Shown here: piece by piece, positions 37,528 through 51,256 of the stretch
Layout: each line of letters opens with the position of its first letter
How positions within the stretch are numbered: the stretch's first letter is position 1
Source: a candidate division WWE3 bacterium
GTDB lineage: Bacteria; Patescibacteriota; WWE3; 2-01-FULL-39-13
NCBI GenBank assembly: GCA_943354835.1
Contig: CALRDH010000001.1
Span: forward strand, 255,298 to 319,297
Direction of reading: 5' to 3'
Length of the DNA: 64,000 nt
Position numbers and translations under genes: made by a program
The notes under the pieces: generated by a model
Told to the model about the DNA's origin: nothing
Databases searched by the model: none
Seen by the model: the letters and a program-made list of their open reading frames with translations, nothing else

Positions 37528-38481
37528 ATGAACACGGATAAATCTGACATTTACGATGTAATTATAGTAGGCGCTGGGGCCGCTGGATGTTCAGCAGCTA
37601 TTTATGCAACAAGATATGCCATGAAAACGTTAATGCTTGGCGGTCCAATGCCTGGTGGCTTAATTTCAGAGGCAAGAGATGTAGAGAATTACCCTGGCTT
37701 TAAAAGCATTAGCGGTATGGATTTGGCCAAGAATTTTATAGATCAGGCCGTTTCTTTAGGCGCTGAATATAAAATCGACACTGTTTTATCTATTAAAAAA
37801 TCAGATGATATTTTTGAAGTAAAAACCTTTGATGAAAGCTTTTTTGCTAGATCTGTAATTCTAGCAATGGGAGCACATCACCGAAAGCTTGGAGTAAAAG
37901 GCGAAGAAGAGTTTGCGGGTCGAGGTGTAAGTTATTGCGCGACGTGCGATGCGCCATTTTTCAAGAATAAGGTTGTTGCGATAATCGGCGGTGGAAATAG
38001 CGCTGTTGAAGGAGCTCAAGATGTAGCTGTACATGCAAAGCTTGTCTACATTATCTATAGAAGTGAATTAAAAGCAGCTCCTCTATATATAAACGAGCTA
38101 AGGAAAACTAAAAATATTATTGAAGTCCCATTTACTAATATCACTGAAATTTGCGGAGACAATGTAGTTAAAAATATTGTTTTAGATAAGGCGTTTAATG
38201 ACAGCGAGACACTTGATGTTGATGGTGTTTTTGTTCAGATCGGATACGCGCCACAAACAGAATTGGCAGGAAATACCGGAGCAGAGCTCACCAAGAATAA
38301 ATATGTCAAAGTAGACGCTGGCATGTCAAGTAGTATCGCTGGCCTCTTCTGTGCAGGCGACATGAATAATGGGTCAAACCTTTTGCATCAGCAAGTTACG
38401 TCTGCAGCAGAAGGGGCAATAGCTGCTCAAAGCGCTTACCGGTTTATAAAAACAGGCTCATATCTTGTAGAAGAGTTATAA
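37528..38481 (+). CDS. trxB: Thioredoxin-disulfide reductase
   Basis: FAD motif DVIIVGAGAAGCSAAIYA, redox-active CATC, NADPH motif IIGGGNSAVE. Start trimmed to ATG 37528. Confidence 0.85.
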   Translation: MNTDKSDIYDVIIVGAGAAGCSAAIYATRYAMKTLMLGGPMPGGLISEARDVENYPGFKSISGMDLAKNFIDQAVSLGAEYKIDTVLSIKKSDDIFEVKTFDESFFARSVILAMGAHHRKLGVKGEEEFAGRGVSYCATCDAPFFKNKVVAIIGGGNSAVEGAQDVAVHAKLVYIIYRSELKAAPLYINELRKTKNIIEVPFTNITEICGDNVVKNIVLDKAFNDSETLDVDGVFVQIGYAPQTELAGNTGAELTKNKYVKVDAGMSSSIAGLFCAGDMNNGSNLLHQQVTSAAEGAIAAQSAYRFIKTGSYLVEEL

Positions 38482-38490
38482 TCAATCACA

Positions 38491-39588
38491 ATGAAAAAAT
38501 CAAAAGGAAAAGTTTATTTAGGATTAAGCGGTGGTGTCGACAGCTCTGTTTCTGCAGATATTCTTAAAAAACAAGGGTATGACGTGGCCTGTGTATACAT
38601 GAAATGTTGGGACGAAGGCCCCGGCTGCTCTACTAAGCAGGATGTGTCAGACGCAGTCAAGGTAGCGTCCTCTTTAGGATTGCAATTTCAGGAATGGGAT
38701 TTTGTACAAGACTACAAATCCAACGTACTTGATTCATTTATACAATCTTACAAGTCTGGTTTAACTCCAAATCCAGATGTTCTTTGCAATTCTGAAATAA
38801 AATTTGGATCATTTTATAAGCGTGTTAAGAGTATTGATCCTGAGGCATTTGTAGCTACTGGCCATTATGTAAGAACTTTATCTTTAGATGGTCGTAAATA
38901 TTTAGCATCGGGTTTAGATCTTAGTAAAGACCAATCATATTTTCTTTATCGTATTTCTACTTCGTTTGACATTATAAATAGCTGTTTATTTCCAATTGGA
39001 GAGATGAAAAAAGTCGACGTTCGCCGTTACGCAAAGAATATTGGTTTACCAAACATGAGCCGTCCTGATAGCCAAGGTTTGTGCTTTATTGGAGATGTAA
39101 ATATGCGTCAATTCTTAAGTACCTATATAGATAAGACAAACGGACCAGTTGTCAGAGTGGGCGGAGAATTGATCGGGGAGCACATGGGGCTTTCATTCTA
39201 TACGATCGGACAAAGACATGGTTTTTCGCTGTCTGGATATCATGGTGAACCATTGTATGTAATAGGCAAATTGCCACAAAGTAACACTCTAATAGTTGGC
39301 GGTCGTGAAGAAGCGTATTTTGATGAAGTCCATGTTTCGGAGCTTTTGTTTATTGAAAAGTTCAAAGATTTAGATTTATCTGTTCGTGTTAGGAACTTGG
39401 GTAAGAATATTCCATGTTCCGTGACTTTTGATCTCGATGGAAAAAATGAATGTGATGTGAAATTGAAGTTTTCTGAATTCGGAATTGCTCCTGGTCAAAG
39501 TGTTGTTTTTTACCATAAAGATATTGTCGTCGGAGGAGGAATTGTTACAAAGTCAGGTTCCTCAAAAATTCCCCAAACTACTACTTGA
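38491..39588 (+). CDS. mnmA: tRNA-specific 2-thiouridylase
   Basis: PP-loop LGLSGGVDSSV, catalytic Cys regions, C-terminal beta-barrel. Confidence 0.85.
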   Translation: MKKSKGKVYLGLSGGVDSSVSADILKKQGYDVACVYMKCWDEGPGCSTKQDVSDAVKVASSLGLQFQEWDFVQDYKSNVLDSFIQSYKSGLTPNPDVLCNSEIKFGSFYKRVKSIDPEAFVATGHYVRTLSLDGRKYLASGLDLSKDQSYFLYRISTSFDIINSCLFPIGEMKKVDVRRYAKNIGLPNMSRPDSQGLCFIGDVNMRQFLSTYIDKTNGPVVRVGGELIGEHMGLSFYTIGQRHGFSLSGYHGEPLYVIGKLPQSNTLIVGGREEAYFDEVHVSELLFIEKFKDLDLSVRVRNLGKNIPCSVTFDLDGKNECDVKLKFSEFGIAPGQSVVFYHKDIVVGGGIVTKSGSSKIPQTTT

Positions 39589-39637
39589 CACATTTGTGTT
39601 CAATATTGTTAAATAGCTTTAGGACAGGCCAAACACT

Positions 39638-40285
39638 ATGGCCAGAAAAGAGAGTAACAAAAATACCCAAAAGGTAAGCTTCCCAGAACTATTCCAGTTT
39701 ACAGTGATAGAGATGTTCAGTCCTAAATCTGATAAGTCCCTTATTGATTATAATTCGTTAAAGCTGATAAATACTAAAGAATTAGCATTTTTGAATAAAT
39801 CACAGCTTCGTTTTTTTGTTGAATATATTGGTGCTTTCTTTATAACGATTAACTTATCTGTTTTAGCTATGTTGTTTTTGGTTGACTTTAATGGCGTAAA
39901 AAGCGTAGCTCCAAGACAGGTTGCACAGGCATCTGCACCAGTTACAATCGTTGCTGCAACTCCTGCTTCCGCTTCGAATGTTTTAGGAATCAATTCTGAT
40001 TCAAATTCTTTTGGACTCGATAGTTGTTCATTTTCAGTAAACGATGTTATGTATTCATCCCAATCAGAAGTAAGTCTTCGTGGTTTGAAAACTTTATGCG
40101 TTAATCATTCCGTTAAAAATGGGTCCGTTTTGTGGCAGGTCAACATGAAAGATGGTGAGAATCTTGTAATGAAAGGCGATTGTGTGAGTTTTGGAAATCC
40201 ATCAATTGTCAAAAGTATTGAAACTTATATTATAGATTCTTCAAACATTAATAGTGCGTCGTGTGAGTTAGGTTTTTCAAAGTAA
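39638..40285 (+). CDS. Hypothetical secreted/membrane-anchored protein
   Basis: TM segment at ~aa 55-80. No other motif. Confidence 0.35.
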   Translation: MARKESNKNTQKVSFPELFQFTVIEMFSPKSDKSLIDYNSLKLINTKELAFLNKSQLRFFVEYIGAFFITINLSVLAMLFLVDFNGVKSVAPRQVAQASAPVTIVAATPASASNVLGINSDSNSFGLDSCSFSVNDVMYSSQSEVSLRGLKTLCVNHSVKNGSVLWQVNMKDGENLVMKGDCVSFGNPSIVKSIETYIIDSSNINSASCELGFSK

Positions 40286-40420
40286 TCATGACAATAAAGC
40301 TTTATTTATACATATTTTCTTCAGTATTCTTATTTGTATTCTCTCTACTCTCAATCCCATATGCGATTTCGGCGAACGTCGTTTCCATCGCCTCTGCAAA
40401 TACTGATGTGAATATGTGCA

Positions 40421-40450
40421 TTGACCAACGCCTGTAATTATTGTTAGAAT
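40421..40450 (+). promoter_or_regulatory. rRNA promoter candidate (TTGACC, 18 nt, TAGAAT)
   Basis: Near-consensus hexamers ~90 nt upstream of the 16S 5' end. Confidence 0.5.
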
Positions 40451-40537
40451 GGCGCAGTCACAAATTTAGTAGCACTTTAACAATTTAAGAGTCAGCAATA
40501 TATATCGGTTTTTGAATGGTGAAAAGAATTTTATTTA

Positions 40538-41990
<1,453 letters not shown>

Positions 41991-42167
41991 AAGGAGATTA
42001 AAAGGAAGGTTTAAAAGCTTTCCAAACTTACGAGAAGCTTAGTCGGCTTTCGTATTTTACAAGGAAAATTTCTCACGATCTTTTCTAGACAGCTTAACAA
42101 CAAGAGGCTTAAAAGTTGTAGACGAGTTCTTTTCACCGCTTAGAGACTGATATATTGCAAAATCCAA

Positions 42168-42193
42168 AAAGAGTCCGAAAAGGCTCTTTTTTT
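42168..42193 (+). terminator. Rho-independent terminator-like hairpin downstream of 16S (AAAGAGUC-CGAAAA-GGCUCUUU plus U-run)
   Basis: 8-bp stem followed by TTTTTTT. Confidence 0.5.
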
Positions 42194-42217
42194 AGTTTTT
42201 GATGTACTGTTTTCGCA

Positions 42218-42745
42218 ATGACTGATTCAAATAAATCAATTAAAATTCCAAAGCTCACAAGATTCCATCAATTATTAGATAAAGCACTTGAACCAGTAAT
42301 GGTGGTATTAGGAGGATTTGATGGCGATTCTCTACAGGAAACCCACGTGTGGCATACAATAAGAATGGACCCGAGTCTTATTGATCTTGATCTTACCGTT
42401 GAGGTTCCTGGATCGGTAAGTGCTAGAGATTATAAAAATAGGTTTGATCCTCGTTTTCATATTCCAGCTATTGATGGTTGGGGTTGGAATGACTATGTTG
42501 TGCTCGCTCCAAAGTTAGAAAATCTAGAGCCTTGGCATATAGGTTGGCATAAAGTTAGAGATAATGAGCTTTTTTTATGTAAATTACATTTAAAACCAGT
42601 TGAAGATTATGCTCTCAAGTTATTAAAAGGGCCCAATAACAGTTCTTTTTTTGCATTCACAAGCGGTGGCAGTCAGATTCCATTAAAATTCCTTGATGAA
42701 GGTCGACATGGTGATAAAAAATATTCAAAATTAAGATTGTTTTAA
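42218..42745 (+). CDS. Hypothetical 175-aa protein encoded in the 16S to tRNA-Ile spacer
   Basis: Clean ORF with ATG. No LAGLIDADG/GIY-YIG/HNH motif and no recognisable family. Confidence 0.45.
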   Translation: MTDSNKSIKIPKLTRFHQLLDKALEPVMVVLGGFDGDSLQETHVWHTIRMDPSLIDLDLTVEVPGSVSARDYKNRFDPRFHIPAIDGWGWNDYVVLAPKLENLEPWHIGWHKVRDNELFLCKLHLKPVEDYALKLLKGPNNSSFFAFTSGGSQIPLKFLDEGRHGDKKYSKLRLF

Positions 42746-42784
42746 TTTTGGTATAATTTCAACGTTCGGTTTGTTAGTACTTCT

Positions 42785-42861
42785 CGGGCGATTAGCTCAG
42801 GTGGTTAGAGCGCTAATCTGATAAGTTAGAGGTCCATGGTTCGAGTCCATGATCGCCCACC
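42785..42861 (+). tRNA. tRNA-Ile (anticodon GAU)
   Basis: Manual cloverleaf: acceptor GGGCGAU/AUCGCCC, anticodon loop CUGAUAA, T-loop UUCGAGU, encoded CCA. Confidence 0.85.
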
Positions 42862-42876
42862 AGTTATACTCCGTAT

Positions 42877-43449
42877 ATGAAAGTTCAAAAGAGATTTTTT
42901 AAATATTGTTTTGTATTCCTTTTAGTGTTCTTTCTTGTAAACATTTTCGCAATTGTTCTTTTTGGACATTTTGATAGGGTTCGGAATGCAGATGTAATAA
43001 TTGTTTTGGGAAATAAGGTTGAGATGGATGGGAAACCTTCTGAAAGGCTTATGTCGCGTCTTGATAAGGCTTTAGAACTTTATAATTCTGGATATTCGTC
43101 CAATATCTTTGTTAGCGGAGGCCTTGGCAAAGAGGGTTATGAAGAAGTCGAAGTTATGGAGCAATTTCTTTTAGAAAATGGAGTTCAAAAGTTACATATC
43201 CATAAAGATTATCTTGGTTTTGACACAGAGCAATCAGGTTTAAATTTAAAATCCTATATGGATGAATTTGGTTATAAATCGGTTATTGTTGTTTCGAATT
43301 TCTATCATATTCCAAGGTCTGTAATGTTCTTCAAAAAGCTTGGAATTAAAGACACCTATAATTCTCATGCAAATTATTATGAGATTAGGGATGCTTATTC
43401 TTTGGTCAGGGAAGTTTTTGCTTTTTATGATTACTTGGTGTTAAGATAA
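42877..43449 (+). CDS. DUF218 (YdcF/SanA/ElyC-like) domain protein
   Basis: N-terminal TM plus DUF218 core DVIIVLGNKVEMDGKPSERLMSRLDKALELY…FVSGG. Confidence 0.65.
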   Translation: MKVQKRFFKYCFVFLLVFFLVNIFAIVLFGHFDRVRNADVIIVLGNKVEMDGKPSERLMSRLDKALELYNSGYSSNIFVSGGLGKEGYEEVEVMEQFLLENGVQKLHIHKDYLGFDTEQSGLNLKSYMDEFGYKSVIVVSNFYHIPRSVMFFKKLGIKDTYNSHANYYEIRDAYSLVREVFAFYDYLVLR

Positions 43450-44052
43450 TTGTTCTATTATCTCTATATGAAAATCGCAAAATCCAATATCTCCGAAATT
43501 TCAGATGCTCTCCTTTCTGGTTCCGTCGGCATTATGCCTAGCGATACTGTTTATGGTTTGTTTGCAATGGCTATGAATTCCAAGTCTGTTGAAAGGATTT
43601 ATTCGATTAAGAAGCGTGATTTGGATAAGCCTTTTATTGTTTTGATTTCTGATATTTCCGATTTGGAGCTGTTTGGAATTAAAGCGTTTGATTATCAGTC
43701 TAGGTTTGTAAATAAATATTGGCCTGGACCTTTAAGCTTGATTTTTGACTGTAAAAATCCGGAATTCGAATATCTCCATCGTGGAACAAATTCTTTAGCT
43801 ATAAGAATGCCTAAAGATGACTGGTTGTTAAATATTCTTCGTAAAACCGGTCCGCTTGTCGCGCCATCTGCAAATCTTCAAGATTCTCCGACAGTAAAAA
43901 ATATAGGTGAGGCGATTGAGATTTTTGATGATGCTGTCGATTTTTATGTTGATGGTGGAGAAATCGTCGGCGAGCCTTCTACTTTAGCAAAATTCAATGG
44001 AGACAAACTTGAGATATTAAGACTTGGGCAGTTAAAAATCGAATATCCTTGA
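43450..44052 (+). CDS. tsaC: L-threonylcarbamoyladenylate synthase (YrdC/Sua5 family)
   Basis: YrdC motifs …MPSDTVYGL…, KKRD.DKPFIVL. Confidence 0.75.
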   Translation: MFYYLYMKIAKSNISEISDALLSGSVGIMPSDTVYGLFAMAMNSKSVERIYSIKKRDLDKPFIVLISDISDLELFGIKAFDYQSRFVNKYWPGPLSLIFDCKNPEFEYLHRGTNSLAIRMPKDDWLLNILRKTGPLVAPSANLQDSPTVKNIGEAIEIFDDAVDFYVDGGEIVGEPSTLAKFNGDKLEILRLGQLKIEYP

Positions 44053-44064
44053 TACAATTGCACT

Positions 44065-44670
44065 ATGATTTCCCTTTCTAAATCCAAAGAGCTTCACTTA
44101 AAAAAACTAGCAAGTCTTGTCGAAGAAAAATCTAAAGTTGTAAACATCACAGCCATTCGTGATTTTGATGGTATTTGGGAAAAGCATGTTTTAGATTCTT
44201 TGGAGTTTTTGAATACAGAGTTTTTTAAAACGCATACTAATGAGAAGTTTACTTATATGGACTTTGGAACTGGGGCTGGATTTCCTGGGCTTCCTTTGGC
44301 CATAATGCTTCCTGATTCAAAGTTTTCACTTGTAGATGGAACTAGAAAGAAAGTTGAAATCGTTAATGCGTTTGCAAATGAATTAGGTTTAAGTAATGTT
44401 CAAACAATTTGGTCAAGAGCAGAAGACCTTGATCGTAAGTTTGAAATTGTATTGGCAAGGGCAGTGAAATATTTGCCTGAACTTTTAAAAACTGCTGTTG
44501 AATTTGTTTCTAAAGATGGGTACATCGTTGCATACAAAATGTTAAATGATGAAGAAATAAAAGCCGGAGACGACGTTTGTGGGGAGATTTCACTTGTTAA
44601 GGTTGAAGAATATAGATATTCGTTAAGCGGTCAAGATCGTGTGATTTTGATATACCAGAAAAAATCCTAG
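44065..44670 (+). CDS. rsmG: 16S rRNA (guanine527-N7)-methyltransferase
   Basis: GidB/RsmG motifs DFGTGAGFPGLPLAI, SLVDGTRKKVE. Confidence 0.8.
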   Translation: MISLSKSKELHLKKLASLVEEKSKVVNITAIRDFDGIWEKHVLDSLEFLNTEFFKTHTNEKFTYMDFGTGAGFPGLPLAIMLPDSKFSLVDGTRKKVEIVNAFANELGLSNVQTIWSRAEDLDRKFEIVLARAVKYLPELLKTAVEFVSKDGYIVAYKMLNDEEIKAGDDVCGEISLVKVEEYRYSLSGQDRVILIYQKKS

Positions 44671-44689
44671 AAATGATAGAATCGGTTTA

Positions 44690-45706
44690 ATGCCTGTAAT
44701 TGATAAATATCTTTCATATATTTTCGAAAATGGATTTAGTGATCTTCATATTATTCCGGATGTTCATATAATCGGCCGGATTGATGGTGATTTGGTAAAA
44801 ATATCAGAAGATAAATATACCAATGCGGATTTGGAAAAGGTTTTATTTGAAATTATTCCGCAAGGCGATAAAGATTATCTTAACAAACACTTTAATCTAG
44901 ATTTTTCATATGAGGTTCCAGGTGTTTCAAGGTACAGGGCAAATTATTATTGGCATAATGGTGGAATCGGCGCGACTTTTAGAGTAATTCCTAAAAAAAT
45001 ACCAACAATATCAGAACTTGGTTTATCAGAGGCTTCGCTTAGAACAACTCAATTTAAAAACGGCTTAGTTTTAATAACAGGACCGACTGGTTCAGGAAAA
45101 ACTTCTACAATGGCTGCGCTTTTAAATTACATAAACATAAATAGACCTGCTCACATTATTACGATCGAAGATCCAATTGAATTTGTTCACCAAAATGACA
45201 AATTAGGTCTGGTCAGTCAAAGAGAACTTGGAAAGCACACAAAAAGCTTTTCAAGCGCGCTAAGAGCAGCCTTAAGAGAAGATCCAAACGTAATAATGAT
45301 TGGCGAAATGCGAGATATGGAAACAATAGAGTTGGCTATCACAGCAGCTGAAACCGGACATTTAGTTTTTGCATCGCTTCATACTAATTCAGTTGCAAAA
45401 ACCGTTGATCGTTTAGTCGATGTATTTCCAAACGAAAGCAAAGGCGAAGTTAGGGCTTTGCTTGCTGATACGTTAAGAGCAGTTTTATCTCAAACACTTG
45501 TTAAACGTGCAGATGGAAAAGGCAGAATTCCAGTTCAAGAGATTATGTTTGTAAATCATGCAATTTCAAATTTAATTAGGGAAGGTAAATCTTTCCAAAT
45601 CGATGATGTTATACAAACAAGTATGAAAGACGGAATGCTTTTAATGTCTAATGAAATGCAAAGATTAACAAAAGAAGGCAAGATCGGCGTAGAAAAAATA
45701 GCTTAA
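44690..45706 (+). CDS. pilT: Type IV pilus retraction ATPase
   Basis: Walker A GPTGSGKTST, Asp box EDPIEF, Walker B/His box IGEMRDMETI…ETGHLVFASLHTNS. Confidence 0.8.
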   Translation: MPVIDKYLSYIFENGFSDLHIIPDVHIIGRIDGDLVKISEDKYTNADLEKVLFEIIPQGDKDYLNKHFNLDFSYEVPGVSRYRANYYWHNGGIGATFRVIPKKIPTISELGLSEASLRTTQFKNGLVLITGPTGSGKTSTMAALLNYININRPAHIITIEDPIEFVHQNDKLGLVSQRELGKHTKSFSSALRAALREDPNVIMIGEMRDMETIELAITAAETGHLVFASLHTNSVAKTVDRLVDVFPNESKGEVRALLADTLRAVLSQTLVKRADGKGRIPVQEIMFVNHAISNLIREGKSFQIDDVIQTSMKDGMLLMSNEMQRLTKEGKIGVEKIA

Positions 45707-45710
45707 CCTT

Positions 45711-46601
45711 TTAATTTATTTTTGATTTAAGATACTCTTTGAATTTCTGATTATATTCTGGATTTTCGAGCGCTAAGTCTATTGATGTTTGAAGATAATT
45801 GATAGGATCTCCAGTAGTTTTCCATTCTCCGCTTATTGGTTTTACGAGTACTGTTTTTTCTTTTGCCATTCTGTGGATAGCATCTACCATCCAAAGCTCA
45901 CTATCTTTTCCAAGATTTGATGGCGTCGGTTCTAGGTAATTGAAGATTTCTGGTCGTAAAAGATATCCGCTAAAGCTAACTAGGCTTGAAGGGGATTCTT
46001 CTTTTGATGGTTTTTCGATTATGTAATCAAGAACATTTTCAGTTCCTTCTTTTATTTTGATCATTCCATATTTTGTCACGTCGATATTTGGAAGATCTTG
46101 TGCTGGGATTACGCCGTATACATCATCACCGCTGTTTTCGTAGACTTCTATCATTTCTGTTACTCGGGATTTTCCGAAAACCAAATCGTCTGTGTAAATA
46201 TAAACGAATGGTTCGTTTCCAATGTATGGTCTTGCAGAAATTGCAGGTGAGCCATTTCCATATGGAAGATTATTATCTTGTGTAATGACGATTATATTTG
46301 GAAGGCTGAATACTTGGCTAACTTTTCTAAATCTTTCTTCTTTTCCTTGCTTTTGAAGCTGTTGGTAAATATGTTGAACTGTATTGTGAAAATAATCTTC
46401 ATAAATGGATTGTCCTTCTTTTGTTGCGACAATTATGATTTCAGTTATTCCTGCGACCATGCATTCTTCGACAATATAATGCGTAATCGGTTTATCTAAA
46501 ATCGGAATCATTGACTTTGGAAGAGTTTTTGTAATAGGCAAGAATCTTGTTGCGTAACCTGCGTCTGTTAAAACAGCTTTTCTGACTTTTTGTTTTTCCA
46601 T
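45711..46601 (-). CDS. galU: UTP--glucose-1-phosphate uridylyltransferase
   Basis: N-terminal KAVLTDAGYATRFLPITKTLPKSMIPI and sugar-binding region. Confidence 0.8.
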   Translation of the reverse strand: MEKQKVRKAVLTDAGYATRFLPITKTLPKSMIPILDKPITHYIVEECMVAGITEIIIVATKEGQSIYEDYFHNTVQHIYQQLQKQGKEERFRKVSQVFSLPNIIVITQDNNLPYGNGSPAISARPYIGNEPFVYIYTDDLVFGKSRVTEMIEVYENSGDDVYGVIPAQDLPNIDVTKYGMIKIKEGTENVLDYIIEKPSKEESPSSLVSFSGYLLRPEIFNYLEPTPSNLGKDSELWMVDAIHRMAKEKTVLVKPISGEWKTTGDPINYLQTSIDLALENPEYNQKFKEYLKSKIN

Positions 46602-46795
46602 TGAGTCGAAATATACAGCGAACTTTATACTGGTGTCAATTAGTTGGAAAATAGTTGATGCTGTCTATTGTAAATTCGTTTTTGCTGTAGTATATTTTCG
46701 TCCATACAGTTAACGTTGTTGATCAACCTCTTAACATTCCGTATTATATATATCGTAAGGCCAAGAAAGGCTTTAGAAAAAGCCGGCAGAATTTT

Positions 46796-46871
46796 GGGCC
46801 GGTAGCTCAGCTGGTAGAGCGCTACATTTGCAATGTAGAGGTCATGGGTTCGAATCCCATTCGGTCCACCA
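46796..46871 (+). tRNA. tRNA-Ala (anticodon UGC)
   Basis: Manual cloverleaf with diagnostic G3:U70 pair, anticodon loop UUUGCAA, encoded CCA. Confidence 0.9.
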
Positions 46872-46977
46872 GTTTGTAAATCATGGCTTACGATAAGCGG
46901 ATTTTCGCTCTTTAACAACTGAATAGATTATTTAAAGGGGCAGCCACCTTAAAAGGGCTACCCCGATATTGTAAAAA

Positions 46978-49890
<2,913 letters not shown>

Positions 49891-49986
49891 TCTTTTTTAC
49901 AAATAATCTATTCAGCATTTAGAGAGAGAATGGGCGATGGGACGAGGCTCTATAGCCTTCGCCCCATCACTATCTAATGAGTATAA

Positions 49987-50104
49987 TGCTGGTGATTCTA
50001 GCGACGTGGAACAACCTCTTCCCATTCCGAACAGAGTCGTTAAACGCGTCAGCGGCGAAAATAGTGTTTTGGCAACGAAATGCGAAGATAGCTCGTCGCC
50101 AGCA
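49987..50104 (+). rRNA. rrf: 5S ribosomal RNA
   Basis: Helix I UGCUGGUGA/UCGCCAGCA closes the molecule. Loop motif CCCAUUCCGAACAGAGUCGUUAAACGC. Confidence 0.8.
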
Positions 50105-50146
50105 TTATGCTCAGTAGAAAGAGTTTATATAGTTTTAATTTTTATA

Positions 50147-51244
50147 ATGTCAGAAGTTCCCACAAATAATTTATCGGATTTAATTAAAAAGCATTCAAAG
50201 CAAGTTAAGGTTTTTTCAACAGGCGCTGTAATCGAAGGCGTTATTGTTTCAATAGATAAGAAATATGTTTTAGTCGATGTCGGAGCAAAATCTGAAGGAA
50301 TGATTCCAACAGAAGAACTCAAACTCTTGCCTGATAGAGATGTTAAAGTTGGAGACAAAATAACATCTATTGTTGTACAGCCAGAAAATAGACAAGGTAA
50401 TTTAATCCTTTCACTTAAAAAAGCTAAATCTCAACATAATTGGTCATCCTTAGATGTCGTTTTCGAATCTGGAGAACCAATTGAAGTTACAATTATTGAT
50501 TACTTAAAAGGTGGTTTAATTGTTGATACAAACGGGCAACGAGGTTTTGTTCCAATTAGTCATCTAAATCGCGTTCATTTTGAGCAATTCAATATTGCAA
50601 TGGCTGAAGGTACAAGTTCTGACTCTGCACAAAATCTTGGTGGTTTAAAAGGTACGACAATGCAGGTAAAGATTATAGAAATTAATGCAGAAAAAAATAG
50701 ACTCGTAATGTCAGAAAAAGAAGTAATGTCAAAGGAAGAGGCAGCTTCAAAAGATAGAAGATTAGCTGAAGTAAAAGAAGGCGACGTTATAGATGGAACT
50801 GTTTCGACTGTACTTCCATATGGCGTATTAGTTGATTTAGGCGGAATAGACGGTCTTGTACATATTTCAGAAATTGCATGGGAAAAAGTTTCAGCTCCAA
50901 AAGATTATTATAAACCAGGAGATTCTATTAAGGTTAAGATTATTGGAAAAGATGAAGACAAAATAGCTTTATCAGTAAAAGAACTTAAAGATAATCCATG
51001 GAATAAAGTAGAAGAAAGATATCCTTTAGGCAAACGCGTAAAAGCAACTGTTTCTAAAGTCGTACCATTTGGAGCGTTTATCGAACTTGAACCAGGACTT
51101 GATGGACTTATTCATATATCAGAGACTGTTGGTCCATTAAATGTTGGTGATGAAGTAGAGGCTGTTGTCGTTAATGTTGATTCTAAAGATCGTAAACTTG
51201 CCTTAAGCATAAGACAGATCGAAGATTCAAAAATCTACAGATAA
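50147..51244 (+). CDS. rpsA: 30S ribosomal protein S1 (four S1 domains)
   Basis: Repeated S1 OB-fold motifs (G.V.G.V…G.G.LVH.SE…). Start set at ATG 50147; ORF-track 49937 start would overlap 5S. Confidence 0.8.
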   Translation: MSEVPTNNLSDLIKKHSKQVKVFSTGAVIEGVIVSIDKKYVLVDVGAKSEGMIPTEELKLLPDRDVKVGDKITSIVVQPENRQGNLILSLKKAKSQHNWSSLDVVFESGEPIEVTIIDYLKGGLIVDTNGQRGFVPISHLNRVHFEQFNIAMAEGTSSDSAQNLGGLKGTTMQVKIIEINAEKNRLVMSEKEVMSKEEAASKDRRLAEVKEGDVIDGTVSTVLPYGVLVDLGGIDGLVHISEIAWEKVSAPKDYYKPGDSIKVKIIGKDEDKIALSVKELKDNPWNKVEERYPLGKRVKATVSKVVPFGAFIELEPGLDGLIHISETVGPLNVGDEVEAVVVNVDSKDRKLALSIRQIEDSKIYR

Positions 51245-51256
51245 CATTGAACATAA

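Noticed and set aside
49937-50146. N-terminal 70-aa extension of the rpsA ORF starting at 49937
   Set aside because: It overlaps the 5S rRNA gene. The S1 domains begin right after ATG 50147 (MSEVPTNN…), so the extension is an artefact of the long open frame.
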